A stretch of 64,000 nucleotides of DNA from Candidatus Omnitrophota bacterium (GCA_043812955.1 JBDRLN010000066.1:885-64884), one strand, 5' to 3'. Positions 1 through 9,228 are shown, counted from the first letter of the stretch. Notes: generated from the sequence alone by a model not told the origin. Program-made: numbers and translations.

Positions 1-450
1 AGCTTTACTTATTTAAACCTGATCGGAGACGGATTTCATAATCTACTAGATGGCATGCTTATTGCGGTAAGTTTTACCGTATCCATAAAAATAGGCCTGG
101 CTACTACTTTAGCGGTTATTTTGCATGAGATACCCCAGGAATTAAGCGATTTCGGGGTTTTGGTTTACGGGGGGTTTACTAAAACCAAGGCTTTGATATT
201 TAATTTTATTTCGGCTTTAACGGCGATATTCGGGGCTTTGTTAGGCTATTTTCTCAGCGACAAGGTAGCCCATTTCTCAAATTTTATTCTTCCTTTAACT
301 GCCGGCGGTTTTATCTATATCGCTACCTCCGATCTCATTCCCGAAATACACAAAGAAAAGAATTTGAAGCGTTCAACCCTGGCTTTCTTCTCGTTTTTAT
401 TAGGTATTGGTTTTATGGCCTTAACTAAAAAGCTTCTGGAACATCAATGA
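1..450 (+). CDS. ZIP-family divalent metal transporter, C-terminal part (5' end outside window)
   Basis: The reading frame is open from base 1. It carries the HNLLDG and HEIPQELSDFGVL motifs typical of ZIP/ZupT transporters and hydrophobic TM segments. Confidence 0.65.
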   Translation, partial: SFTYLNLIGDGFHNLLDGMLIAVSFTVSIKIGLATTLAVILHEIPQELSDFGVLVYGGFTKTKALIFNFISALTAIFGALLGYFLSDKVAHFSNFILPLTAGGFIYIATSDLIPEIHKEKNLKRSTLAFFSFLLGIGFMALTKKLLEHQ

Positions 451-1451
451 AAGCAGTAGCCTTAATTTCCGGCGGCCTGGATAGTATCTTGGCTGCTCGG
501 GTGATTAAAGAACAGGGTATTGCTGTAACCGCGCTATTTTTTAAAATCCCATTCCTGGGTAACCCTAAAAAACCCGGGATAAAATCCGAAGATTCGATCC
601 GTAGATTAACCGAAGCCTCAGGTATTAAATTAGTAGTCATTGAATTGGCAGATGATTTTCTAGAAATAGTTAAGAATCCGGCTCACGGATACGGTTCAAA
701 TATTAATCCTTGTATAGATTGTAAGACTTTTATGCTTAAAAAAGCCGCTGAGTTCATGCGTGAGAATGGAGGGTCTTTTTTAGTTACCGGAGAAGTGTTA
801 GGGCAAAGGCCAATGTCCCAGAACAAGCAAAGTTTAGGGGTTATTGAAAGAAATTCCGGCATGGAAGGCTTGATCCTGCGCCCGCTTTCAGCCAGGCTTT
901 TAGATGAGACTACCCCGGAGAAACAAGGCTGGGTTAAGCGGGAAGTCTTGCTTGATTTTAACGGACGCACCCGCTCTCCGCAGATAGAATTAGCTTTAGA
1001 ATTCGGGATTAAAAATTATTCCAGCCCCGCCGGAGGGTGTTTATTAACCGACCCCCATTTTACCGACCGAGCGAAAGATCTTTTAAGGCATAATGAATTG
1101 ACCATGGAAAATGTGGAATTAATAAAGATCGGCAGGTATTTCAGAGTAACGCCAGATGTAAAATTAGCCGTAGGAAGAAATGAAGCTGAAGATAACCGGA
1201 TAATTGGTTTAGCCAAGACCGGGGATCATCTTTTTTATCCGCCGCTAGATGTTGCCGGGACAACTGCGTTGGCACGAGGAAAGTTAAATGAAGAATCTAT
1301 CCGTTTATGCGCCTCTATCGCCAGCCGCTACTGTGACTTAAACGGTAAACAATCCATAAATATAACTTACAGAATATTTCCATCGGACGAAGAAAAAATA
1401 ATCTTAGTATCAGCGTTATCAGAAGTAGAGTTAGTTAAACTAAGAATATAA
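447..1451 (+). CDS. ThiI-like PP-loop ATPase (tRNA sulfurtransferase family; no THUMP domain)
   Basis: SGGLDS PP-loop at residue 8. The block LVTGEVLGQRPMSQ...LILRPLSA aligns with the E. coli ThiI PP-loop domain. A CxxC pair is present and the C-terminal extension has no recognised domain. Confidence 0.7.
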   Translation: MKAVALISGGLDSILAARVIKEQGIAVTALFFKIPFLGNPKKPGIKSEDSIRRLTEASGIKLVVIELADDFLEIVKNPAHGYGSNINPCIDCKTFMLKKAAEFMRENGGSFLVTGEVLGQRPMSQNKQSLGVIERNSGMEGLILRPLSARLLDETTPEKQGWVKREVLLDFNGRTRSPQIELALEFGIKNYSSPAGGCLLTDPHFTDRAKDLLRHNELTMENVELIKIGRYFRVTPDVKLAVGRNEAEDNRIIGLAKTGDHLFYPPLDVAGTTALARGKLNEESIRLCASIASRYCDLNGKQSINITYRIFPSDEEKIILVSALSEVELVKLRI

Positions 1452-1561
1452 TTTTGCGGGTCCTGCCCAAAGGAGGCAGTTCCTGGGCCCCTCCGCCCGG
1501 TGTGGATCCTCCCAGTCACCGCCATCCTTTGGTCACCCGCTAAGCTTATAATAATGTTATT

Positions 1562-2575
1562 ATGAGAAAAGAGGCGCTGCTTTATCAGAAATTGGACGGT
1601 CAGCAGGTGCAATGTAATCTCTGCTGCCACCGCTGTAAGATTGCTAATGAAAAATTCGGGTTTTGCGGGGTAAGGCAGAATATTGATGCGGTTTTATTTA
1701 CCCATGTTTACGGGAATATAATTTCATATCATGTTGACCCGATTGAGAAAAAGCCGTTATACCATTTCTTACCTGGCTCAAAAAGCTTTTCTATTGCCAC
1801 TATAGGCTGTAATTTCCGCTGCGGTTTTTGCCAGAATTGGGAGATATCCCAGGTAAGGGTTGATGAAAATATCGCTAAAGAAGAAAATTATCATTCTCCG
1901 GAAACCGTAATTAAGGCTGCCTTGGATAATGGTTGCAAGAGTATAGCTTATACCTATACAGAACCGACGATTTTTTTTGAATACGCCCTAGACTGCGCAC
2001 AGCTAGCTAAAGAAAAAGGGCTGCACAATATTTTTGTTACCAACGGTTTTATGACTAAGGAAGCAATGCAAATGATTATGCCGTATCTTAACGCGGCGAA
2101 TATAGATCTTAAATTCTTTAAAGAGGGATCCTATAACAAAATCTGCAACGGAAGCTTACAGCCGGTTTTGGATTCAATTGCCTTAATGAATAAACTGGGT
2201 ATCTGGGTCGAAGTAACTACTCTGGTAGTGCCTGGTGAGAATGATTCTGAGCAAGAACTAAGGGCGATCGCCCAGTTTCTTGCCAGTGTAGATAAAAATA
2301 TCCCTTGGCATATCTCTAGGTTCCATCCTGATTATAAATTGCAAAATACCGCCTTAACCCCAGAAAAAACCCTTAAGAAAGTTTTTGATATTGGTTATCA
2401 GGCTGGTTTAAGGTATGTTTACATTGGTAATGTCTTTGCCTGGGGAAATGATACTATCTGCTATAAATGCAAAAAATTATTAATTAAAAGAGAAGGATTC
2501 AATATTCTAGATAATCATCTTCAAAATAATAGCTGCTCATATTGCAAGGTCATCATACCAGGGGTATTTAATTAA
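1562..2575 (+). CDS. amrS: AmmeMemoRadiSam-system radical SAM enzyme (PFL-activase-like)
   Basis: N-terminal CNLCCHRC Cys cluster plus canonical CxxxCxxC (GCNFRCGFCQNW) radical-SAM motif; 337 aa. Confidence 0.8.
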   Translation: MRKEALLYQKLDGQQVQCNLCCHRCKIANEKFGFCGVRQNIDAVLFTHVYGNIISYHVDPIEKKPLYHFLPGSKSFSIATIGCNFRCGFCQNWEISQVRVDENIAKEENYHSPETVIKAALDNGCKSIAYTYTEPTIFFEYALDCAQLAKEKGLHNIFVTNGFMTKEAMQMIMPYLNAANIDLKFFKEGSYNKICNGSLQPVLDSIALMNKLGIWVEVTTLVVPGENDSEQELRAIAQFLASVDKNIPWHISRFHPDYKLQNTALTPEKTLKKVFDIGYQAGLRYVYIGNVFAWGNDTICYKCKKLLIKREGFNILDNHLQNNSCSYCKVIIPGVFN

Positions 2576-2588
2576 ATCACATTTTTTA

Positions 2589-2622
2589 TTGACAAATGAT
2601 ACAAATGTGGTATCATTAGATA
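2589..2622 (+). promoter_or_regulatory. sigma70-like -35 (TTGACA) followed by a perfect 8+8 inverted repeat AATGATAC-N7-GTATCATT (candidate Rrf2 operator overlapping the -10 region)
   Basis: Seen directly: TTGACA at 2589-2594 and palindrome at 2595-2617. It sits just upstream of a small ORF and the Rrf2 gene. Confidence 0.5.
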
Positions 2623-2639
2623 AAAGAAAGGAGGCAGAT

Positions 2640-2723
2640 ATGGATATAACTGTTAAATATATGCTGCGTCCGGTTGCCCACTGTAAAGAGGGCTGCCCTA
2701 GATTGTCCTGGGCACGACAATAA
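2640..2723 (+). CDS. 27-aa Cys-containing small ORF (MDITVKYMLRPVAHCKEGCPRLSWARQ) with strong RBS
   Basis: AGGAGG lies 7 nt upstream of the ATG. The ORF sits between the operator and the Rrf2 gene. It is not in the ORF track because it is under 60 aa. Confidence 0.3.
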   Translation: MDITVKYMLRPVAHCKEGCPRLSWARQ

Positions 2724-2761
2724 ACTGCCCGTATTTTTTATCAATAATTAGCGGAGAAAAA

Positions 2762-3160
2762 ATGAAATTGATAACCAGAGACACGGATTACGCTTTACGG
2801 GCCTTATGTTTTATCGCCAAGAATAAAGATAAAGTTACGCCTGTTTCGGAATTAGTTAGAAGACTAAGGATGCCCAGGCCGTTTTTACGCAAGATCCTAC
2901 AGTCGCTAGATAAAATCGGCTTACTAAAATCATATAAAGGCAAAGGCGGGGGTTTTCTTCTGACCCTTAAGCCGGATAAGATATCTATCTTAGATGTGAT
3001 GCGAATTTTCCAAGGCGAATTCAATTTTAATGAGTGTCTTTTGAATAAACGCCTTTGTCCGGATATACGGATTTGTATCTTAAAGAAGAAAATAGACCGG
3101 ATAGAAAAATATGTTATTTCAGAACTAAATTCGTTCAAATTAGCTTATTTATTAGAGTAA
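2762..3160 (+). CDS. Rrf2-family transcriptional regulator (IscR/NsrR-like)
   Basis: N-terminal MKLITRDTDYALRAL... wHTH signature of the Rrf2 family; 132 aa; Cys residues present in the C-terminal half. Confidence 0.85.
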   Translation: MKLITRDTDYALRALCFIAKNKDKVTPVSELVRRLRMPRPFLRKILQSLDKIGLLKSYKGKGGGFLLTLKPDKISILDVMRIFQGEFNFNECLLNKRLCPDIRICILKKKIDRIEKYVISELNSFKLAYLLE

Positions 3161-3166
3161 TCTATT

Positions 3167-3985
3167 ATGCCAAAAAGGAAAATTATTAAGATTGATGAAT
3201 CTAAGTGCAATGGCTGTGGGTTATGTTTACCTAATTGCCCGGAAGGGGCGTTACAGATAATAGACAATAAGGCCAGACTGATCAGCGATTTATTCTGTGA
3301 CGGCCTGGGGGCTTGCCTTGGGTACTGTCCGCAAGGCGCGATTAAAATTGAAGAAAGAACCGCGCAGGAGTATAATGAGGGCAAGGTAATGGAGAATATC
3401 GCCCAGCAGGGAGATAAGGTTATTCGGGCTCATCTCCAGCATTTAAAAGCCCATGGCGCAACTAACTATCTTAAAGATGCCCTGGATTATTTAAAAGAAA
3501 AAGGGATTAAAATAACGTTAGAGGATTCATCCCAGCCTTGCGCCTGTCCTGGTTCCCAGGCCAGGGAATTTAAAAGAACCAAAGAGCCATTAGGAAAAAA
3601 TACAGGCACCATTAATTTTTCCTCGGAGTTAAACAATTGGCCGGTTCAAATTAAGCTTGTTCCTGAAGGGGCGCCGTATTTCAATAACGCGGTCCTGTTA
3701 ATTTGCGCTGATTGTGTTCCTTTTAGTTATGCTGGTTTTCATCAGAATTTATTAAAAGATAAAATTCTGATGATAGGCTGCCCGAAATTAGATGACCCGG
3801 AATTTTATCGGGAAAAACTCACTCGGATTATTAAGAATAACAATATTAAATCCATAACTTGCTCCCATATGGAGGTGCCTTGTTGTTTCGGGTTGGTCAG
3901 CTTAGTAAAATCTGCGCTTAATTCTGCGGATAAACAAATACCATTTAAAGAAATAACTATAAGTATTAAAGGGGAGAAACTATAG
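3167..3985 (+). CDS. 4Fe-4S dicluster domain protein
   Basis: Two CxxCxxCxxxCP ferredoxin motifs (CNGCGLCLPNCP, CDGLGACLGYCP) and additional C-terminal Cys clusters. Confidence 0.7.
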   Translation: MPKRKIIKIDESKCNGCGLCLPNCPEGALQIIDNKARLISDLFCDGLGACLGYCPQGAIKIEERTAQEYNEGKVMENIAQQGDKVIRAHLQHLKAHGATNYLKDALDYLKEKGIKITLEDSSQPCACPGSQAREFKRTKEPLGKNTGTINFSSELNNWPVQIKLVPEGAPYFNNAVLLICADCVPFSYAGFHQNLLKDKILMIGCPKLDDPEFYREKLTRIIKNNNIKSITCSHMEVPCCFGLVSLVKSALNSADKQIPFKEITISIKGEKL

Positions 3986-4005
3986 CGGCTAAAAAGGAGT
4001 TTATT

Positions 4006-4716
4006 TTGGAAGAGATAAAAGCTAAACTTATTCAAAGGATAAAAAGAACTTCCAGTGTGGAGAGTTTCAGGTTTCTTCCGGAGAAAAAGATTGACTTTTT
4101 AGCCGGACAATTCCTGCAGGTAATTTTTGATGAAAATGACCGCAATAATAAAGAATTAAACAAGTATCTTTCTTTTTCCTCTTCTCCTAACCAGGATTAC
4201 TTTGAACTAACTAAGAGGATCAGCGCAAGCGCTTTTTCCCAGAAATTGAAAAGTTTAAAAACAGGAGATGAGTTTTTATTTAAAGTTCCTCTGGGCGCCT
4301 GCGTATTTAAAGATGAGTATAAAAAAATAGCTTTCCTAATCGGAGGGATTGGCATAACCCCGGTTATTTCTATAATAGAATATATAGCCGGGAATAAAAT
4401 CAATACCGATGTTTTATTGTTTTACTCCAATCGCAATGAAGAGGATATAGCTTTTAAATCCGAGTTAGATAATTGGCGGGAGAACAACTCTAATATTAAG
4501 ATATTTTATATGGTGTCTGACTCTCAGCCTATTAATAAGGAATACATCTTTGGCAGGATCGGCAAGGATTTATTATTAAATAAAATCCCAGATATACCTG
4601 AAAGGGTGTTTTTTATTTTCGGACCTCCCAAGATGGTGGAGGCAATGAAAAATACCTGTTTAGAGATCAGTCCAGTTAAGGAGCATATCAATACCGAAAG
4701 TTTTATAGGATATTAA
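4006..4716 (+). CDS. FAD/NAD(P)-binding oxidoreductase (ferredoxin-NADP reductase-like fold)
   Basis: FR-type FAD-binding beta-barrel region, then a GGIGITP NAD(P)-binding glycine motif; 236 aa with no Fe-S tail. Confidence 0.65.
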   Translation: MEEIKAKLIQRIKRTSSVESFRFLPEKKIDFLAGQFLQVIFDENDRNNKELNKYLSFSSSPNQDYFELTKRISASAFSQKLKSLKTGDEFLFKVPLGACVFKDEYKKIAFLIGGIGITPVISIIEYIAGNKINTDVLLFYSNRNEEDIAFKSELDNWRENNSNIKIFYMVSDSQPINKEYIFGRIGKDLLLNKIPDIPERVFFIFGPPKMVEAMKNTCLEISPVKEHINTESFIGY

Positions 4717-4729
4717 AAAGGGGGCTAGC

Positions 4730-5917
4730 ATGTCGGTTATAGAGATTAAAAAGGATGTATTTTGGGTGGGGGTAGTGGATTGGAGCGTGCGCAGTTTCCA
4801 CGGACATACTTTTAATACCAAAAGAGGTACTACCTACAACGCATATTTAATTAAAGGTGATAAGAATGTCCTGATCGATACTGTCTATGGCCCTTTTGCG
4901 GAGGAGATGATTGAAAATATCCGTCAGGTTATCGAGCCTGGGAAAATAGATTATGTGATTGCTAATCACGTAGAGACGGATCATTCCGGGGCAATACCAG
5001 CGATCATGAAGCTTTGTCCTAAAGCTAAAGTCCTGGGTACAGCTAAATGCAAAGAAGGACTGTATAAACATTATTATGGTAACTGGGAGTTTCAGGTTGT
5101 AAAGACCGGGGATAAGCTGAATTTAGGTAAAAAAACTTTGACCTTTTTAGAGGCCCCGATGCTGCACTGGCCAGACAGCATGTTTACTTATTTCTCTGAA
5201 GAGGAATTACTTTTTCCCAATGACGCTTTTGGCCAGCATTACGCCACGAGTTATAGATTTGACGACGAAGTAGACCCAGCCGTTTTAATGGAAGAAGCTG
5301 CTAAATATTACGCTAATATCCTTTGGCCTCTGAGCAGTTTAGTCATAAGAAAGATTGAAGAGGTCCAGAAGTTGAATATTTTCATTCAAATGATTGCTCC
5401 CAGCCATGGGATCATCTGGCGTAAAGACCCGCTGAAGATTATTAAGGCTTATTTGGGGTGGGCTAAAAATGAAACCAAACCTAAAGTAGTGGTTGTTTAT
5501 GAAACCATGTGGGGCTCTACTGAAAAAATAGCCCATAAGATCGCCGAAGGCATAATTGACTGCGGCTTAGAGGTAAAACTTTTTAATGTCGCCCAATCTG
5601 ACCATACTGAAATCATTCAGGAGATGCTCGATGCCAAAGGTTATCTTATTGGCTCATCTACTCATGATAACAATATGCTTCCTAACATGGGAGGATTCCT
5701 GGAGTTTTTCAAAGGGCTTAAGCCTAAAAATAGGATAGCTGGTGTTTTTGGTTCCTATGGCTGGGCAGGCGGGGCAGTAAAAGAAATTGAGGGAGTGCTT
5801 AAAGAGGCAGGTATTGAAGATTTGTCTCCTCCAATTTCTTTTAAATATGTCCCTGATATTCAAGAGATGCAGAGTTGCTTGGCATACGGTAAAGATTTTG
5901 CCCAGAGGATAAAATAG
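4730..5917 (+). CDS. fprA: Flavodiiron protein (FprA/rubredoxin:oxygen or NO reductase type A)
   Basis: Metallo-beta-lactamase-like diiron domain (HVETDHSGA) followed by a flavodoxin-like domain; 395 aa. Confidence 0.85.
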   Translation: MSVIEIKKDVFWVGVVDWSVRSFHGHTFNTKRGTTYNAYLIKGDKNVLIDTVYGPFAEEMIENIRQVIEPGKIDYVIANHVETDHSGAIPAIMKLCPKAKVLGTAKCKEGLYKHYYGNWEFQVVKTGDKLNLGKKTLTFLEAPMLHWPDSMFTYFSEEELLFPNDAFGQHYATSYRFDDEVDPAVLMEEAAKYYANILWPLSSLVIRKIEEVQKLNIFIQMIAPSHGIIWRKDPLKIIKAYLGWAKNETKPKVVVVYETMWGSTEKIAHKIAEGIIDCGLEVKLFNVAQSDHTEIIQEMLDAKGYLIGSSTHDNNMLPNMGGFLEFFKGLKPKNRIAGVFGSYGWAGGAVKEIEGVLKEAGIEDLSPPISFKYVPDIQEMQSCLAYGKDFAQRIK

Positions 5918-5926
5918 GAGGCAGAT

Positions 5927-6103
5927 ATGATACCTATAGAAGCATTGACGTTGGCTTTATCTGAAGAAACCAAAGCAATAGCTCTGTACAGAAGATTATC
6001 TGCGGAGCACCAGTCGATAAGGGAGATGTTTGATTTTTTGATCATCGAGGAAGAGAAACACCAGCAGTTGATTAAAAATAAGATAGCGGAGTTGATGAAA
6101 TAG
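5927..6103 (+). CDS. 58-aa ferritin-like/rubrerythrin-like mini-protein
   Basis: AGGAGG RBS 6 nt upstream. The helix-rich peptide carries EH..EEEKH carboxylate/His motifs resembling half of a diiron four-helix bundle. Under the ORF-track size cut-off. Confidence 0.4.
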   Translation: MIPIEALTLALSEETKAIALYRRLSAEHQSIREMFDFLIIEEEKHQQLIKNKIAELMK

Positions 6104-6111
6104 GAGGTGTG

Positions 6112-6270
6112 ATGGCTAAATATCGTTGCACGGTTTGCGGTTATATATATGATCCTGCAATTGGAGATCCTGATAATGGGATAAAGCCGGAAACTTCATT
6201 TGAAAGTTTGCCTGATAACTGGGTTTGCCCTGAATGCGGGGTAGGAAAAAGTGAGTTTGAGAAGGTTTAG
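6112..6270 (+). CDS. rd: Rubredoxin
   Basis: 52 aa, [15 protein letters not shown]...[10 protein letters not shown]: two CxxCG knuckles with canonical rubredoxin spacing; AGGAGG RBS. Missed by the ORF track (<60 aa). Confidence 0.85.
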   Translation: MAKYRCTVCGYIYDPAIGDPDNGIKPETSFESLPDNWVCPECGVGKSEFEKV

Positions 6271-6286
6271 AGCTGGGAGGCGAAAA

Positions 6287-6727
6287 ATGGATACATTTGT
6301 CTGCAAAGTCTGTGGTTATGTTTCTTTTAAAGACGCCCCGGATAAGTGCCCGGTTTGTGGAGCGGCTAAACAGGCGTTTCAATTGACTCCGGATGTTATC
6401 AAAAAGCCCATTGATCCTAATAATCTAAATGACTTGGAGAAAAAACATATTCCGGTAATTAAAATAAATAAGGTTTGCGGTTTAGTCGGCCCGGGTTGTA
6501 TTGACGCGCATATTAAGGTTGGCGAGGTATTGCATGTAATGGAGGCCAAGCATTTGATCATGTACATCGATGTGTATCATGATTATAATTTTCTTTGCCG
6601 GGCGCACTTGACTCCTGACAAGATTAATCCGGTTATTGGTATACATCTAAAAGTCTCAAGCGGAAAATTACTGGCGCTGGAGAATTGTAATGTGCATGGC
6701 CGCTGGCTAGCGGAGGCAGATTTATAA
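6287..6727 (+). CDS. dfx: Superoxide reductase (desulfoferrodoxin-type, 2Fe-SOR)
   Basis: N-terminal CKVCGY...CPVCG desulforedoxin-like centre plus the EKKHIPVI motif of the SOR active site. GGGAGG RBS before the internal Met; the track ORF begins at 6251. Confidence 0.8.
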   Translation: MDTFVCKVCGYVSFKDAPDKCPVCGAAKQAFQLTPDVIKKPIDPNNLNDLEKKHIPVIKINKVCGLVGPGCIDAHIKVGEVLHVMEAKHLIMYIDVYHDYNFLCRAHLTPDKINPVIGIHLKVSSGKLLALENCNVHGRWLAEADL

Positions 6728-6729
6728 CT

Positions 6730-7200
6730 ATGCTTCATCTTCTCAGAGAAGTAGTGACTTTTTTTCTGCAGCAGCACTTTGTGATCGTGACTACAATTGA
6801 TAAGCAAGGTAGGCCGCATAATTCATGTAAGGGTATGGTGGATATTACACCGGATGGAAAGGTGTATCTTCTGGACCTTTATATGAAAGACACCTTTAAT
6901 AATTTGAAAGCTAAACCGGATATAAGCGTTACTGCGGTAGAGGAACATCAGTTTAGGGGTTATTCGCTTAAAGGCCGGGGTTCTATAGTTAAAAGAGAGA
7001 ATCTTTCGCCTAAGATTATCATTAAGTGGGATGAATTGCTTACCCAGCGTATTTCTCACCGTATAATTAAGAATATTCGTAACGGCAAGGCCCAGAAACA
7101 GCATCCGGAAGCACTTTTGCCTAAGCCTGCTTATATGGTGCTGGTCAAAGTTGAGGAAGTAATAGATTTAACCCCGCAGCATATCAAAAAAGAGGTGTAG
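6730..7200 (+). CDS. Pyridoxamine 5'-phosphate oxidase-like FMN-binding protein
   Basis: PNPOx-like split-barrel signature (VIVTTIDKQGRPHNS...); 156 aa. Confidence 0.55.
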   Translation: MLHLLREVVTFFLQQHFVIVTTIDKQGRPHNSCKGMVDITPDGKVYLLDLYMKDTFNNLKAKPDISVTAVEEHQFRGYSLKGRGSIVKRENLSPKIIIKWDELLTQRISHRIIKNIRNGKAQKQHPEALLPKPAYMVLVKVEEVIDLTPQHIKKEV

Positions 7201-7202
7201 AA

Positions 7203-7682
7203 ATGGGTAATATTCTAAACGCGAGTGAGATAGTAGAATTAGGTATTCAGATCGAGAAAAACGGCTTTGATTTTTATACTGGCGTAGCCGTAAAATCGAA
7301 AAACCAAAATACCAAAGAAAGGTTTCTCTATCTTGCTGATCAGGAGAAACAACATATTCTCGTTTTCCAGGGGATATTGGATAAGGCCGGCAAGTATCAG
7401 CCGGTTGAAAGTTATGACGGCGAGAATATGGCTTATCTAAATGCTGTAGCTAGCGAACACGTTTTCACCCGGGAAGGTAAGGGGAAGGAGATTGCCCGGA
7501 GCATAGAAACTGATAAAGAAGCGATCGATCTGGCGATAAATTTTGAAAAAGATTCTATTATCCTTTTCTCAGTAATAAAAAAAGTTGTTCCCGTTCAGCA
7601 GCATAACATAATTGACGCGCTTATCCAGCAGGAGCAGGGGCATTTGGTTGCGCTAGTTGAGATCAAACAAAACCTTAAATAA
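7203..7682 (+). CDS. Ferritin-like (rubrerythrin-family) protein
   Basis: Helical protein with E...EKQH and E..QGH motifs spaced as in ferritin-like diiron proteins. Confidence 0.5.
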   Translation: MGNILNASEIVELGIQIEKNGFDFYTGVAVKSKNQNTKERFLYLADQEKQHILVFQGILDKAGKYQPVESYDGENMAYLNAVASEHVFTREGKGKEIARSIETDKEAIDLAINFEKDSIILFSVIKKVVPVQQHNIIDALIQQEQGHLVALVEIKQNLK

Positions 7683-7693
7683 AGAGATTAGCG

Positions 7694-8335
7694 ATGAATA
7701 AAACCAGAAAGATCAGACAATTTGTTATGGCTGTGGTTTTCATGGGCGTATTTATCTTTGGCTGGAAATATCCTATTTTGGGATTTTTTATTCCTTTGTG
7801 TATGATCCTGGGAATAGGTATAGGGTTGTTTAAAGGCAGGAAATTTTGCGATTGGTATTGCCCCCGGGGAAGTTTTTATGACGCTTGGATTAAGCCCTTG
7901 AGCCCGCAAAGAAAAACGCCGGATTTATTTAAGAATATCTATTTCCGTTTAGGAGTATTATTTTTTTTGATGGCGGTAATGGGGATTAATTTAATAAGCC
8001 GCTGGCCAAATCCTGAAAATATAGGTAAGTTTTTTGTAATTATGATGACCTCTACTACGCTTCTGGGGGTTATCCTAGCGTTTTTTTGGCATCAACGCAG
8101 CTGGTGTTTATTCTGCCCTGTAGGCACGATCGCTAATTTAGTGGGCAGGAATAAATTTGTCTTAAAGATAGATTCCGAAGCCTGTAATGAATGCAAATTA
8201 TGCGCTAAAGCCTGTCCTATACAGATCAAACCTTATAAATTTAAAAAAACAGGCGCGCAGGAAGTTAAAGATTATGATTGCCTTAAGTGCGGGATTTGCA
8301 TCGCATCCTGCCCTAATAAAGCCCTAAGTTTTTAA
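7694..8335 (+). CDS. Membrane-bound polyferredoxin (NapH/COG0348-like 4Fe-4S binding protein)
   Basis: Several TM helices interleaved with CPRG, CPVG, CNECKLCAKACP and CLKCGICIASCP motifs. Confidence 0.7.
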   Translation: MNKTRKIRQFVMAVVFMGVFIFGWKYPILGFFIPLCMILGIGIGLFKGRKFCDWYCPRGSFYDAWIKPLSPQRKTPDLFKNIYFRLGVLFFLMAVMGINLISRWPNPENIGKFFVIMMTSTTLLGVILAFFWHQRSWCLFCPVGTIANLVGRNKFVLKIDSEACNECKLCAKACPIQIKPYKFKKTGAQEVKDYDCLKCGICIASCPNKALSF

Positions 8336-8345
8336 AGGATAAATT

Positions 8346-9152
8346 ATGTTAAGAATACTTTTTAGGTTAGGCCCGCTAAATATCTATTCTTACGGATTAA
8401 TGCTGGCTCTGGCATTTTTATCCGGGATGTATTTAATTGAGAAAAGAGCCAGGAAGCAAGGTTTGGATAAGAATAAGATCCTGGACCTAGTTTTTCTTAT
8501 ACTTTTTTCCGGGATTCTGGGCGCGAGAGCCCTATTCGTCATAATAAATTGGGATTACTACAGGTCTGACCTGATTGGTATTTTTAAGGTCTGGGAAGGC
8601 GGCCTGGTTTTTTACGGCGGATTGATTCTAGCTTTTTTTGTCAGCATATGGTTTTTAAGAAAGAATAAGATATCGTTTTGGAAGACAGCGGATATTTTAA
8701 GCCCGGCATTAGCCTTAGGTGAAGCTGTGGGCAGGATCGGGTGTTTTTTAAACGGATGCTGTTATGGTTTAATCTCTGAAAAGTGGGGGGTCAGTTTTCC
8801 GGCCCGGGATAATCCCCCTGCTTTTGCCCAACAGGTCTTTGACGGCATAATAGCCCTGACAGCAAAAAGTTCATTACCGGTAATCCCGACCCAGATTTAT
8901 TCTGCCCTGGCCGGACTGGTAATATTTTTTATACTTTTAGCCCTGGAGAAAAAGAAAAGGTTTAACGGGTTTATTTTCTGGGTTTTTATCCTGCTTTATT
9001 CCTTATTTAGGTTTATGATTGAAGGGTTTCGTTATTACGAAAATAACTTTTTTGTGTTGAATAATTTGACGATATCCCAGATAATCAGCCTAGTTTTAGT
9101 TGTAATTTCCCTGATTTTTTTATTCAAAGGTAAAAAGCAGGGACGGTTCTGA
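8346..9152 (+). CDS. lgt: Prolipoprotein diacylglyceryl transferase
   Basis: Multi-TM protein with the Lgt signature GRIGCFLNGCCYG. The last six codons (KKQGRF) are supplied by the downstream repeat element. Confidence 0.85.
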   Translation: MLRILFRLGPLNIYSYGLMLALAFLSGMYLIEKRARKQGLDKNKILDLVFLILFSGILGARALFVIINWDYYRSDLIGIFKVWEGGLVFYGGLILAFFVSIWFLRKNKISFWKTADILSPALALGEAVGRIGCFLNGCCYGLISEKWGVSFPARDNPPAFAQQVFDGIIALTAKSSLPVIPTQIYSALAGLVIFFILLALEKKKRFNGFIFWVFILLYSLFRFMIEGFRYYENNFFVLNNLTISQIISLVLVVISLIFLFKGKKQGRF

Positions 9153-9212
9153 AAACAAAGCTAAAGTGTCCCTTTTTAGGGGACAGTTTAAGATCAGTTT
9201 CAGAACCGTCCC
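9140..9212. repeat. MITE-like nested-palindrome element, copy 1 (family A)
   Basis: gggacggttctga...tcagaaccgtccc outer arms plus an inner gtgtccc/gggacag hairpin. Near-identical copies at 34626-34699 and, inverted, at 44706-44779. All are preceded by aaaagca. Confidence 0.85.
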
Positions 9213-9228
9213 TAAAGTTTAGGAAAGA

